From contig NMRA01000796.1 in assembly GCA_002633005.1 (NCBI GenBank), positions 18,389 through 82,388 of the forward strand: a stretch of DNA of 64,000 bases, in the 5' to 3' direction. Below the pieces are notes generated by a model, which was not told where the DNA came from, made no database searches, and saw only the letters and a list, made by a program, of their open reading frames with translations. Made by a program: the position numbers and the translations under genes. Shown piece after piece: positions 40,501-50,349 of the stretch. The DNA comes from Phoronis australis (taxonomy: Eukaryota > Animalia > Phoronida). Each line of letters opens with the position of its first letter. Position 1 is the first letter of the stretch.

Positions 40501-43500
40501 AACGATTCAACGTTGATTGTTAACATGGATCTGGGTTTTAGTTTCCACCATGAACCTGTGTTTCAAAAAGAATTTTATTACAAAAGAATCTTAAGATATG
40601 AAATAGCCTTCATTGTACCTATATTGCTAAGAAACAAGACAAAATATTTTTCTGTTATCGGGGGTGTGCGTAGTGGCTGCAAGACCGTCTCTGCCATTGT
40701 TATTTTTACCAATGCGATACTGAGGAGTTGTAGGGAAGTCTGCAGAAAGATGCCTTTTTCAGACACAAAAAGGTGCGTTTGTGGAGGCTGTATAGTAACA
40801 GCAACGTGACTGACAATGACTCTGAGTTCAAATTTCCTAAATTCGTAAAAGTTGCACTGAAACTGCATCGGTTTGAGCGCCGCACGAGAGTGTGTAATGT
40901 CAGCCATGCGGAACAGGGGATTCAGTCGGAAGCCACACTTCACGGAATCGTGTTTCCACCAAGAACAAAAGCGGCCTTGCGGTGGAAGCCTTGCCACCTT
41001 GTAAGTGTATTAAAAAATTTTGCAAATGATGAGCAAACTGCTTCCAATCTGGTGTGAGTGATGTCAGGCCTTCGCTCGGACCCTGGCTTAGAGTGACTGC
41101 TATGACACAAAGGCTAATTAATATGGCTATTACACTGTGTTTAGGCCGTGCTCCTTCTATCATGGCAATATAGTGAATACAAGTGACCCAGGTTTACTGT
41201 GGCCCTTGTTAGTAATTATTGAGTGTATATTTTGTGAATAATGACAACTCCTTTGGTTCAGTTGGTTGTGGCTAACATGTGTCAGCAGCATATCCGTGCA
41301 AGTAAGTAGAGTTCACACGGCTTCAAAGATTATGAAAACAAATCCTTCGACTCTTCAAGTATTGTGTTGCCCGCATCCACCCTCCCCCGTCTCCCTAATA
41401 ATTGTCCAGTTCTCACTCAAAATTGTCTTCGTCTTCTGATCAGCTGTGTTCAGCAATTGCAATCGATCGTCAAATGACCAAACATCTTCTACCCATTACA
41501 TCATTTGGTGGGAAACTGAGAAGTGATTAATTTTTCTTCAAAATTAATGATTCCATTATTTTTTGGCGTAAAAAGTGCTTATTTAGTTAGATTTTATGGT
41601 ATTCACTTCATATTTATTAGCTAACTAAAACCTCAAAAACTAAAAGTAAGAAAATGCAAGGTGGGAACTCAATTCATGTTTTTATAATTACCAGGTATCA
41701 ATTATTTAATGTTTTTCAGCAAATTTCCATTAATAAAGCAACTGGACAAAGAACAATAAGAGCAAAAAAATGTTTTGTAGTTTAGGAATGGTAAACTTTC
41801 CGAATGTATTAGTCAGATTGCCAGTTGTCATGTATTTACTAGGCTCATTCTTACGCTAACTTGCACTGCATTTTACCTTGAGTTCTAAGATTCTTACCTA
41901 TTCTTGTATTGCCGACAACAAGTTTGGCAGATGGGTAGGTATGCTTTAATTCCAGCAGTTCATCTAAAGTAACTGGACGGTACCACGTGCTGCGTTCACC
42001 GTAAAAAGTGAGTGACTCCGATTCATACTTATCAGTCAGCTAGAACACAGAACAGAATCCTGAGTACTAAGCCTAAGAATTTAAAGCAGCATGCCACCCA
42101 AAAAACAACCCAATTTGTATTAATTTAGATCGAGTAGTTCTACTCCATAACGACACGTACGGTTGCGTTACCTGACACCTGACTGCAGACGGAGGTGATG
42201 AAATTATCCAATGACGTCATCGGTTTCACACGCAGTCTGTTCAGCAGTCCACAACACGGGTTACTGGTGTCAGCTTATCGCTTGAAGTCATCGTTTAACA
42301 CCAATAAATCATCAGACTTCGATGTGAAACCTTTAAAAATACACCGAGTTCTTATAAAAACGTGTTGTTTTATTTCGCTCTTACGGATTTATTGGTATTT
42401 GGACACACCGTAGCCTACAAAGTTCGGCAGGCCAATAAGGTCCGTAGCAGGAGTTTGGGGTCTGTTCAGAGATAATTCCGAAGTATTTTCCATGAGATAC
42501 AGACAGGAGAACCTAGATCTATGTTGTTTAGACTTGTGATTTTTTGAGTTCTAAACACAAAACGAGTGTTATCCTGGCCAGTGGCTCAGAGACCGCGGAC
42601 GGCCGGATTGACTCGTTATCCCCGCCCCGCGCCAGTGGCTTGGAAACTGATCAGACATCATGAACATAAACCAGCCAAAGTTCAGTGGAAACTAAACTTC
42701 TAGTCAAGAAAATACTATACTAGCGAGCCAAAGTAATGTGCACCTGATTATAAAGGTGAATTAGCCACGAAACTGCAAATCTACTTACTCGTCGGGGGCA
42801 GAGAATTCGCTGGTTCCGCTTTGGCCGTCAGGGCAGAGTTGTACATTGACAATCATAATTTGAGTAATGTAAATGTAAATAAAGATTCCATTAACACCTG
42901 ACCGTGGGATGGAAATCGAGTTGTTTCACAACAGTTTCTGCCAGCAAACACTAAATTAGCATGAGGTCACACGGCCTAGGTCAGTGTCCCGGCGTCAATT
43001 AGTTTAATACTTGCACCTAAAGCCGGTAACGCAGTGATTTTGGCTTCTCAAATTATGCACTCCAAAGGCATTACAAATTGCGTCTAATGAGACAGACTTT
43101 GTTTCAGTTTTATATAAGTATTGGTTAGAGCGAGAATAATTCATTTTGAAACATAACGCTCAGTAGTACTGAATAACGCCAACATGGCCCACTCGCAATC
43201 CCGATTGAGGACAAGCTATAGCTCATCATTCCCGACTTCGCAGGTGGATCGTTAAGTTTTACAGGCTATCGAACAGGATGAAGAAATACTAGAGAGGCGC
43301 TGTGAACAAGCTCAGACAACGTAACATATGGAGTTATTTGGTACTGAAGCCGGTATTCGTCAGGCACTGTCGACGTCTGCAGGCTACAGACACGGTGATG
43401 TTTCACAGCCTCATACTTGCTATTTACAGCGTACATTTCATTCTTCACTAGCATAAGCCACTTCCTAAGCATTTCGGACTCTCGAAGAAGTAAATAAACG

Positions 43501-46500
43501 ATATACCCGCTTTCCTCGCAGCTGCTTAGTTCGGACAAGCGGCAACGATGCACTGCAACATAGCGGCATTCACTCTGCATATGAACCACTGACGTCGCTT
43601 GAGTCGTTTCTCACCTTCCTCACAGGTTAACGCGACACCTCTTGGCAAGGTAAGGTCGACCGTATGCGAGGCGATGTGGATATAGACCGATTAAGACGGC
43701 AAAAAACACTAATTAAATCAGGTGGCATTCTCCTTTAACAGCACACAATTTACTGGAAAGCCTCAAGAAGTCCGTGGCAACAGCTCAGACCCTAGCCTAT
43801 CTTGACCTAAACAAATGCATGGTAATCAAGTGTGATGCTTTACATGAGGGGCTCAGAGATTGTCTAGTCCAAGATGGCAAGCCCGTAAATTTTGCTTCTC
43901 GCAGCCTGGCAGACGCAGAGACGAGATACTCCAATATTGAGCGAGAAATGCTAGGAGTAATGTTGTCCGTTTCACACTACAAGCAGTACATGTATGTGTT
44001 CGGAAAGCATTTTGTAGTGAGAACAGACCATGCACCTCTGCAGCCCATCTTTAAGAAGGACCTGCATGGCATCCCTCCACAACTGCAGAGAATGACAACA
44101 CACTCTCTGAGTGGAATTTATCACATTGGATACTGGTGCCTACATGTCATGAAGTCACAGCATAGGCAAGATCTGGCTCAAGATTGATGCTTCTTTCCTA
44201 CATTGTCTCTCATTAGATCACTTAGCTTGTGTTTTACCAATTTTGATGAACTGACAGACAAGTCTGTTTGTTTTGTCATCAGGCTTGATATTTTCTACAT
44301 CTGACTGTTCAGATTGCAAATAGTGACATCTGATGTCCGGGTGGCATGAACGAAAAGCGACATTTCACAAGTTAGTCAATATTACGCTATACAGTACTTT
44401 AGTATATCAGGAGTATTAGAGCCTGCGTAACACTTACTTCACATAAAAGAATCAGTTGCCAAAATAGTAATTTTCCACTTTTCAAATTTCAAACTTTAAG
44501 GCTGATTATTTTTTGTTAGGAACTTCAGTCAGCAAATGTTGTTTCATGACATACAACTGTGGAGAAACATAAATAGAAATTCATCCTGTAGTTAGGGCGC
44601 ATTGTGTAATAACTATACGAGACTGAAGAGCTGTCTCATCTCAGGCAAGCTGACTTGTATTAAGCACCAATTTTCTGACAAATGATCCACTTGCCCACTG
44701 AAGTAGAAACAATTATAAGGAAGCTGGTAGACAGTCTCCATTGAACTACAGTGTCACTATGGCAAATGAAGGAAGCTACCTATTGTCCATATGCAAACTG
44801 GTTCCTCGCTGGGAAAATCCTCTAACAATAAGAATCATTCTTCGTCAGTTTTTGAATTGAGACAGTTAGCTAATCTTTGGGGATTTTGTAATTAGAATAG
44901 ATTGTTATCATTTTATTGAGTCTTAATATCGACCCTCTGGTCAATACAACACACAAACTAGTATTGAGAAGGACTACACAGTTGCATCGCCAAACTATTT
45001 TACTTGGAAAATTTTCTGCAAAACAATGAGTGCAGCCAGTCTATGAAAAGTGGACAAACATCAATCAGGTGTTGAAACACTCATCTCACAAGAGTGAGGA
45101 AAGGGTGAGGGGAGACAATAAAATTGAGAATGGCACACTTTTTGCACATCCCTAGTACTATACTCCTCTGCAAGGACTCCCCCTACCTGGGCTACCTATT
45201 TTCCTCCTCCCCTTTCTTACAGTCCAAGTAGACAGTCATTTGAGCAAATGAAACACTAACATTCAAACTATTCATATCTCAATGAAAATTCACTATAATT
45301 GTAGTAAACGATAAACAATATACCAGTAATTCCGGTGGGAAAATTGGTTCCTGGGAAGGGTCATAAGGCAGGAAGTCAGAGTCCAGAACCAATTTTGAAG
45401 AGGCGGCACAGTCATCATTGGACAACCCACTGAGTTGGTTCTGACAACACCTTTCTCCCAATCCACACTGGTCTGTTGTGAATGTTTTGAAGCCTTCAAG
45501 AATTGGTCGATACCCAGTACAACGACACAAGTTGCCTAAAGCACAAAGTTTAATAAGCAGGTAAGTCTTCATACCTGGCATAACTTGAGAAGTATGTCTT
45601 TAATCACTGATCAAACACTTCTAGTAACAAGAACCAATTCATAAAAATTATGACTTTCTTATTCATGAAAAGGCTTAAATGACCACATGACTTACAGATA
45701 ACTCACAAGTTACCTCAAAATATGAAAATAGTTCTACTTAAATATAATTTATCATAACGAAACTGAGATTTGCTAATATAGCCATATCCAATAGGATTAG
45801 GTTAAGGTCACAAAACAGGGTCACTAGTGAGTAAACTGTAATGAATTAACAAATTCGAAGTGATATGTCCACTTAAACATATGGCAAACTATTATTAGTA
45901 AATGGGACAATCAAAAGTCTGGAGACCGAGTCAAAAGGGATATTATGTCCACTTAAATTAAAACAAGAGCATTGTAGTGTTGAAATGCATCAGGTGACGC
46001 AGAGTATAGTGAATGCTATCTGAAAATGTGAAATCCTTGTTTTCTTCCACATAAAAAACATTTTTAAAGTTTCATGAAGTCCATTTAACAACTCCGAAGA
46101 TACAGAGGCAAGGTAAAAAGTAAAATTGATGATACGTACTAGAGAGTTCAGTCGAAGTACAATAAGTCTGAAACTCGTCGTCAGCTGTCACCAACTTAAC
46201 AGGGGGTTTGTCAAATCTCATTAACTTCCTGCATGGGGTTACCACATGCCTGGACAGAGGTGACAAAAATGTGCACCCTCATAGGTGTATATGTTGGCAC
46301 ATGAAAGTCATCTAGTACCCAAAAAGACATTTTAATACTCTGAACACGAACAAAAATTCATGAGAAACTAAGAAACCTTGAAATGCCGATTCCACGGATG
46401 CACAAGAGGGCTGTGGATTGTTGCGTAACAGTGTGTACATAGACATAATGATGCCTGGTGTACAAAACCCGCACTGTGAGCCATGTGACTTGGCCAGACG

Positions 46501-49500
46501 TTCCTGTAATGAAGAAGATTGTACAGGAAAACACCAGTTTTGACAAAAACTGTAGCCTAAAACTGGATGTCATCTGCTAATGAGTGAAGATGTCACAGAT
46601 CTAAATCAACCAGGGAAATGTTTCCTAAGCCTAAAAATTAAAAGATTCAATTAACAACATAGGAACACGTTTCAAAGCATACCCTGTAAACTTCCACAAA
46701 ATGTAGACATCACTGACATTTACAAGGCAGTGGCCAATGAAATTATTAATAACAAAACTTGATCGGACTCGCAACATATTCATATTAACCAAGTTGAAAA
46801 AAGAAAGAAATCGTATCTTTTCAACTTTTAACACCATCAGTGAAAACTGTACAGTATTTCTTGATGTGATTGAATAAAACTCATTACACAAAAGTGTTTT
46901 CTTATTTCTTTGCCAGCATAGACTATAATCTACAATCATGCCACGTTTTCCTCGGTAATATTTTACTTTAAAGCCTCTAGATGGCAGTACATCGAAGCAA
47001 GAAAAAGCATTCTCTTTCAAACAACAAGAGGGAATGAGTTTCAGTGGTTACGTTATGAAATATTCAGCCTCGGGCAACACAGCTAGAACTTAGTTTATTA
47101 GAAAGTTCGTTTCTTGTTGACTGTGCAGTTAGCCATAAAATAAGTGCATGACTCAATGAAAGATTATCGTCCCAATTTGACAAATTCTTTATTCTAATTC
47201 CTTAGACAGGACATTCCAACATTCCATTAATGGTGTCATGGCTTTTTTCCTGATACCCATCATGCAGAGTCTTTGTTTCTATTTTAATTACGAAGAATGA
47301 GTTTTCATTTACTAAAAACAAAATATTAATTGAAACTAAAAGGAGTGCCCACACAATGAGAATCGGAGAAATAAAATATATTACCCCATCATCTTCCCAT
47401 CCCCATCTTAAAGGGATGGCGGTAGGTTGACGGGGAACAAGAACAATTTTAAGGATGGACCAACCTGACATTGCCCTCCAAATCTATCAAAATGGTGTAA
47501 GAGAGTTGTTACCTGTACAGGATGTAGTCTTGTTTTGGTACTGCCAATACCTTCAACAGTAGTCACTGCTAACCCATGCATGGAACAGACAGGGGCCAGG
47601 CAAGCATTCACAGAGAAATGTCTTTAAAATATTAAGGATGGCAATTAAAACAAAAATTAAATTCATCCACAGAATTTATCAGAGCCTTAAAACTTAGCGG
47701 CATAGCAAACTTGCCATTAAAATAAGAAAGAAGTTCAGTAATCATTTTACCACTGAAAGAACTTATAAAATGCGAAGCAAGACACAACTATAGGTGTTGA
47801 AATACAAACCAAAGTTTCATGGCGCAACAGTCATTATAGTTCTTCCAGTAAATGAAAAACAAAGACATGACTTGTCATTTTTTCAAGTCTAGTAAATGCA
47901 AAACCAAGACATGACAAGCCATTGAAATTCATCACCCAACTGTCAAACTGTAAGGCAGCTCGGGATATGAATGACTGGTCTAGCTTCAGAGAACAGTGAA
48001 AAGTTCAAGTCAAAGTTGTACCCAAAAGAGAGGAGGTAGTGTGGCCTAGTGACATAAGTGTCAGCTTTCTTTACTCAAGGTCGTGGGTTCGAGTACCGCT
48101 AGGGAACATTACAACACCCGCGACTCAGGTCTCCAACTCCTCAGCTCAGTTATTAAAAAAGCATAATAAAATGGTTTCAGGTGATCAGTGCAATGGAACC
48201 ACCTTAGTGGCCTACGCATGTCAGGAGCAATGTGTAAGAGAACACCTGCAATACTTATTTTATAGTGTACACAAAGGATACATTACTGCCTTGTTTTCTC
48301 TGTCATACTTCGACACCATAACTGTACACGCTCCACAGCCACCTTCACCACAGCCCAGTTTAGTGCCTGACAAATGTACTGTGTATGTATAGTTAAGGAG
48401 ACATTGACATAAAGACAGCAAGCAATAAATATATCCACAGGCCAATGAGTCAATACACAGGTGATTGCATTTTTAGCACACAAGAAAATGGTAGTTTTGT
48501 TGTTAAAGTAAAAACACAGGTATGTGACCTAGATTAACCAAAAGTGACATAAAGCTGCATTTCTCTTCCCTTACTACTTAGTTGGCTACATCATGAAAAT
48601 CAAATTCGGCCTTTTTTCTCATAAAATCGGTCTCACAATACTCGTTATCATGACAACAAGAACATCAAAACCCATCAACAATTCAAAAAACCTTTAACAG
48701 TTTATTGAGATATATATGACCACTTCTAAAATTGTGAAATCAAAATTAGGGGATGTACGCATTACCTGAAGCTTGAGATAGTTTACTGAGGTTGGCCAGT
48801 CTTAAAATTGCGAAATTGAAATTAATGCATGACGTATGCATTTCTTATGACTTGAGGTGATAACAAAAATGGAATGCTATCACACTGCGGAATAGTACCA
48901 GACAGATTCTATGAGAGAGTAAGCAACCAACATTCAATTTTTGTGTTTTAGTCAGCAAAACAAGACTACACGCAGCTTTACCTCAGAAATTTCATCTGAT
49001 GCTCTTGCACAAGAATAGTGTTTCGCACACAGGCAAATGTGCTGGATATAATTAAGTGTTGTATTGATAGCACGCAATTGGTTTCAAATAAAAAAATTCT
49101 GAAATCAATGTAAGTGATGTCTGTTTAGGCAACTTTCTTCAGTACTGAAGTCATAACACATATTAAGACTAAGAGATACATTGTTGGCGCAAGTACTCCA
49201 GCAACGAAGTTTCGGGGTCAGGACTTATCTCCGTAACCTGAAAACAATTATAACAGTATTAAGCTTTTAGTATAAACACAAAGTCAAGCGAAATTTGAAA
49301 TTACTTTTTCCGTTGATTTTATCACATCAAGTTCCTTTTAGTTGATCACCTGTTGAACAATACACGCAAGTCAAAAAACTCCAGATCAAATCGAACTTGA
49401 TTAACTTGTTACAAAGTAGTGAATACTTCTATTAGGGCCTACTTCAACTCAAATGAGTTACAACAGCAAGTTAACCCTCACTCTGTTTTGCATTACATAA

Positions 49501-50349
49501 ATTACTCTTTCTCACACTCATTCTGATTGTTCATTTACCTCTTTGCCTACAACCTTCGGACAACTGTCAAAATCGTTATATCCACAACATGGAAACAAAA
49601 ACAGTTCAGTTTATGCACCGGGTATTGAAGGAGTTAAAAGCAACCCACAAACTCTTTTTTTTTACTCTGGTCACTCAATGTCACAAAACTCGTCCAAAGT
49701 TGTTCCTTAAAAGTGATTTGTGAGTTAGGAAAGAACTAAAAAGTTTGATACTACGTACTTAATGGTACCTTGAAACCATGCTGCACGCAGACCGGTCAAG
49801 TGAACCGGTCAAGTCTGGTCCAAGGCAAATTACTGTAGTGTCAATTTAACTAGCACAGAAATCATTCTCTGAGAAAGGAACATTTTGAGACCACTTTATG
49901 CAGATTAGTGGTCAAAATCAAAGTGCTCTTTCCGAAAGTACTTTGGATTTCACAATAAAAAGTTGTGCCGCGCCAATTAGAACAGTTACGCCATAATTAA
50001 TTTTGCTGGCAGACCAGTCAGTTTGAGTGCAATTTAACTATATGGATATTGCCAATGTGTCCAAATCTCGACCCTTCTCTTTGTAAAGTGTGAAGCTTTA
50101 CAGTTTTACCCATCAGGCTCAGTAAAAATACATTGAGCATACTTCAAATGAGCGTCATGGCTCAGTTCTCATATAACATACAACTCTCCTTAAGTTTACT
50201 TACCTGCTCAGTTCTCATATAACATACAACTCTCCTTAAGTTTACTTACCTGCTCAATTCTCATATAACATACAACTCTCCTTAAGTTTACTTACCTTTT
50301 TTCCATTGACAAAAAACACCAAGGTGTCCTTTCCATATTTGGTGTCCAT
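13548..50349 (-). CDS. XDH: Xanthine dehydrogenase/aldehyde oxidase family molybdoflavoprotein, multi-exon (XDH-like with an AOX-like active site); about 165 aa of the Moco domain not found
   Basis: 26 GT-AG exons with consistent phases: 50296-50349, 49180-49237, 48282-48378, 47513-47621, 46377-46503, 45324-45535, 41898-42039, 40016-40183, 37885-37961, 36357-36450, 35211-35323, 34452-34636, 33908-34073, 32114-32318, 31402-31580, 30539-30667, 28551-28769, 28231-28364, 25763-25850, 24647-24733, 22433-22624, 21728-21873, 20951-21128, 19678-19806, [missing exons], 14391-14558, 13548-13598. Motifs: [78 protein letters not shown]. Confidence 0.95.
13855..14170. repeat. Minisatellite, 50-53 bp unit, about 6 copies
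   Basis: CTCTGATGTATGAAAGCCAA...AGTACTGTGCC repeated in the last XDH intron. Confidence 0.9.
14391..14558 (-). CDS. XDH: XDH/AOX penultimate exon ([21 protein letters not shown]...[12 protein letters not shown])
   Basis: Catalytic Glu in GEPP (codon 14547-14549); CTGCAG acceptor. Confidence 0.94.
15576..19152 (+). mobile_element. Copies of the same HINE-like family (interrupted at 16189-17940, partly duplicated around gaps)
   Basis: Same ~150 bp subunits; GACG microsatellite at 19065-19105; terminal hairpin ATGCGTCCACATAT-AA-ATATGTGGGCGCAT followed by AAAAA. Confidence 0.72.
16189..17940. mobile_element. Putative TIR element with CATG termini nested in a HINE copy
   Basis: CATGTCGTGAACACATCCACTA ... 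TAGTGGGACTGTTCATAGCATG interrupts the HINE motif (GCCCTTAG|...|GGAGGCGCC); no clear target-site duplication. Confidence 0.5.
19678..19806 (-). CDS. XDH: XDH/AOX exon 24 (VASRALNLP...[27 protein letters not shown])
   Basis: ETST..VPN...TA.S..SDLNG.AV motif. Confidence 0.93.
20951..21128 (-). CDS. XDH: XDH/AOX exon 23 (NRWRKRGL...[34 protein letters not shown])
   Basis: Highly conserved Moco-domain motifs. Confidence 0.95.
21728..21873 (-). CDS. XDH: XDH/AOX exon 22 ([13 protein letters not shown]...RCWQQC)
   Basis: [12 protein letters not shown] motif. Confidence 0.93.
22433..22624 (-). CDS. XDH: XDH/AOX exon 21 ([17 protein letters not shown]...[13 protein letters not shown])
   Basis: TAFRGFG.PQ motif, with Leu at the Arg880 position. 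Confidence 0.95.
24647..24733 (-). CDS. XDH: XDH/AOX exon 20 ([29 protein letters not shown])
   Basis: Family homology; TTAG acceptor, GTAAG donor. Confidence 0.92.
24953..25353. mobile_element. PIF/Harbinger-type MITE
   Basis: CAG|GGCCCGGTCTCTAATCTT ... AAGATTGGAGACCGGGCC|CAG; long imperfect inverted arms; CWG target duplication. Confidence 0.75.
25763..25850 (-). CDS. XDH: XDH/AOX exon 19 ([21 protein letters not shown])
   Basis: [11 protein letters not shown]...GGRHPF motif. Confidence 0.94.
25895..27065 (-). mobile_element. 5'-truncated Penelope-like retroelement (RT C-terminus plus GIY-YIG endonuclease, frameshifted)
   Basis: [35 protein letters not shown] (PLE RT thumb); IVYEFVCP / [29 protein letters not shown] (GIY-YIG). 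Confidence 0.85.
26032..26069 (-). ncRNA. Minimal type I hammerhead-ribozyme-like motif at the Penelope 3' end
   Basis: CAC-TTGAGAA-GGAAACAAGTATGTTTC-GAAA-TATC-GTG: core with U3/A8 covariation, stem II, GAAA and a palindromic minimal stem III. Confidence 0.5.
28231..28364 (-). CDS. XDH: XDH/AOX exon 18 ([16 protein letters not shown])
   Basis: Moco-binding KRMGG.FGGK motif, with Gln at the Glu802 position. Confidence 0.94.
28551..28769 (-). CDS. XDH: XDH/AOX exon 17 ([12 protein letters not shown]...STQSP)
   Basis: QEHFYLET and STQ Moco-domain motifs. Confidence 0.94.
29292..30165. mobile_element. PIF/Harbinger-type non-autonomous element
   Basis: TAA|GAGCTGTTCCAG ... CTGGAACAGCCC|TAA. Confidence 0.7.
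30539..30667 (-). CDS. XDH: XDH/AOX exon 16 ([16 protein letters not shown]...IITIE)
   Basis: Family homology; TTACAG acceptor. Confidence 0.92.
31402..31580 (-). CDS. XDH: XDH/AOX exon 15 ([16 protein letters not shown]...DVPGSN)
   Basis: Family homology and phase consistency. Confidence 0.92.
32114..32318 (-). CDS. XDH: XDH/AOX exon 14 ([27 protein letters not shown])
   Basis: TGEA.YCDDIP motif. Confidence 0.92.
33150..33350 (-). mobile_element. tRNA-derived SINE-like sequence
   Basis: Minus strand A box TGGTCTAGTGG and B box GGTTCAAGTCC. Confidence 0.5.
33908..34073 (-). CDS. XDH: XDH/AOX exon 13 ([22 protein letters not shown])
   Basis: Conserved APGGM.EYRR.L..S.FFKF motif. Confidence 0.93.
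34452..34636 (-). CDS. XDH: XDH/AOX exon 12 ([20 protein letters not shown]...AFGGMAP)
   Basis: FAD-site loop and FGGMAP motif. Confidence 0.92.
35211..35323 (-). CDS. XDH: XDH/AOX exon 11 ([28 protein letters not shown])
   Basis: FF.GYR motif carrying the NAD-site Tyr. Confidence 0.92.
35552..35826. mobile_element. Hairpin MITE-like element
   Basis: TTAGCTGGCT...AGCCAGCTAA termini; inner arms TTCTATTTCCATTGCCAACAAGA / TCTTGTTGGTAACGGAAATAGAA. Confidence 0.55.
36357..36450 (-). CDS. XDH: XDH/AOX exon 10 ([16 protein letters not shown])
   Basis: [15 protein letters not shown] motif. Confidence 0.93.
36753..37200 (+). mobile_element. Left end of the CGGTAAAGTC TIR element family (also 3699-3846)
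   Basis: About 150 bp near-identical to 3699-3846; right boundary uncertain. Confidence 0.6.
37552..37718. repeat. 39-bp tandem repeat, about 4.3 copies
   Basis: CATCAGATCAAGTTGACTTCCATGAGTGAACATTCACGC; explains the repetitive ORF 37522-37704. Confidence 0.92.
37885..37961 (-). CDS. XDH: XDH/AOX exon 9 ([15 protein letters not shown])
   Basis: LRWFAG.QIRNV motif. Confidence 0.93.
38177..39180 (+). mobile_element. HINE-like element, 5' part
   Basis: Begins GACAAAAGC...AAATACGCCCACGAATGCA, like the 5' end at 6110; same subunits. Confidence 0.7.
40016..40183 (-). CDS. XDH: XDH/AOX exon 8 ([16 protein letters not shown]...[10 protein letters not shown])
   Basis: Matches ORF 39993-40208; phases consistent. 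Confidence 0.92.
41898..42039 (-). CDS. XDH: XDH/AOX exon 7, start of FAD domain ([21 protein letters not shown]...[10 protein letters not shown])
   Basis: Conserved FAD-domain sequence; TTCTAG acceptor, GTAAG donor. Confidence 0.93.
42085..43734 (-). mobile_element. Second copy of the same Kolobok-type element, in XDH intron 6
   Basis: TTAA|AGCAGCATGCCACCC ... GGTGGCATTCTCCT|TTAA; colinear and highly similar to 55137-56806. Confidence 0.85.
43760..44100 (+). mobile_element. Ty3/Gypsy RNase H fragment
   Basis: [49 protein letters not shown]. Confidence 0.85.
45324..45535 (-). CDS. XDH: XDH/AOX exon 6 ([16 protein letters not shown]...QEPIFPPEL)
   Basis: CRCTGYRPI and [12 protein letters not shown] motifs. 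Confidence 0.95.
46377..46503 (-). CDS. XDH: XDH/AOX exon 5 ([30 protein letters not shown])
   Basis: Second Fe-S motif QCGFCTPG; TTACAG acceptor. Confidence 0.95.
47513..47621 (-). CDS. XDH: XDH/AOX exon 4 ([36 protein letters not shown])
   Basis: Conserved family motif; phases match both neighbours. Confidence 0.95.
47622..48281 (-). other. U12-type GT-AG intron 3 of XDH/AOX
   Basis: Consensus donor GTATCCTTT; branch TCCTTAAT at 47631-47638, 9 nt from the 3' end. Confidence 0.88.
48032..48255 (+). mobile_element. tRNA-derived SINE
   Basis: A box TGGCCTAGTGA and B box GGTTCGAGTACC at tRNA-like spacing, followed by a non-tRNA body; no intact cloverleaf. Confidence 0.55.
48282..48378 (-). 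CDS. XDH: XDH/AOX exon 3, 2Fe-2S motif ([19 protein letters not shown])
   Basis: Canonical Fe-S motif; donor GTATCCTTT. Confidence 0.95.
48379..49179 (-). other. U12-type (minor spliceosome) GT-AG intron 2 of XDH/AOX
   Basis: Donor GTATCTCTT (near the RTATCCTT consensus); branch TCCTTAAC at 48392-48399, 13 nt from the 3' end; no polypyrimidine tract. Confidence 0.8.
49180..49237 (-). CDS. XDH: XDH/AOX exon 2 ([19 protein letters not shown])
   Basis: DPET.LL.YLR motif; TTTTCAG acceptor; U12-like donor GTATCTCTT. Confidence 0.9.
50160..50297. repeat. 46-bp tandem triplication that includes the exon-1 splice donor
   Basis: GCTCAGTTCTCATATAACATACAACTCTCCTTAAGTTTACTTACCT x3. Confidence 0.92.
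50296..50349 (-). CDS. XDH: XDH/AOX coding exon 1 ([18 protein letters not shown])
   Basis: ATG at 50349, family N-terminal LVFFVNGKK motif, AAG|GTAAGT donor. An upstream acceptor TTTACAG| at 50386 implies a further 5'UTR exon. Confidence 0.9.

Noticed and set aside
48032-48105. Possible tRNA gene
   Set aside because: A and B boxes are present but there is no convincing acceptor or anticodon stem; treated as a SINE head.
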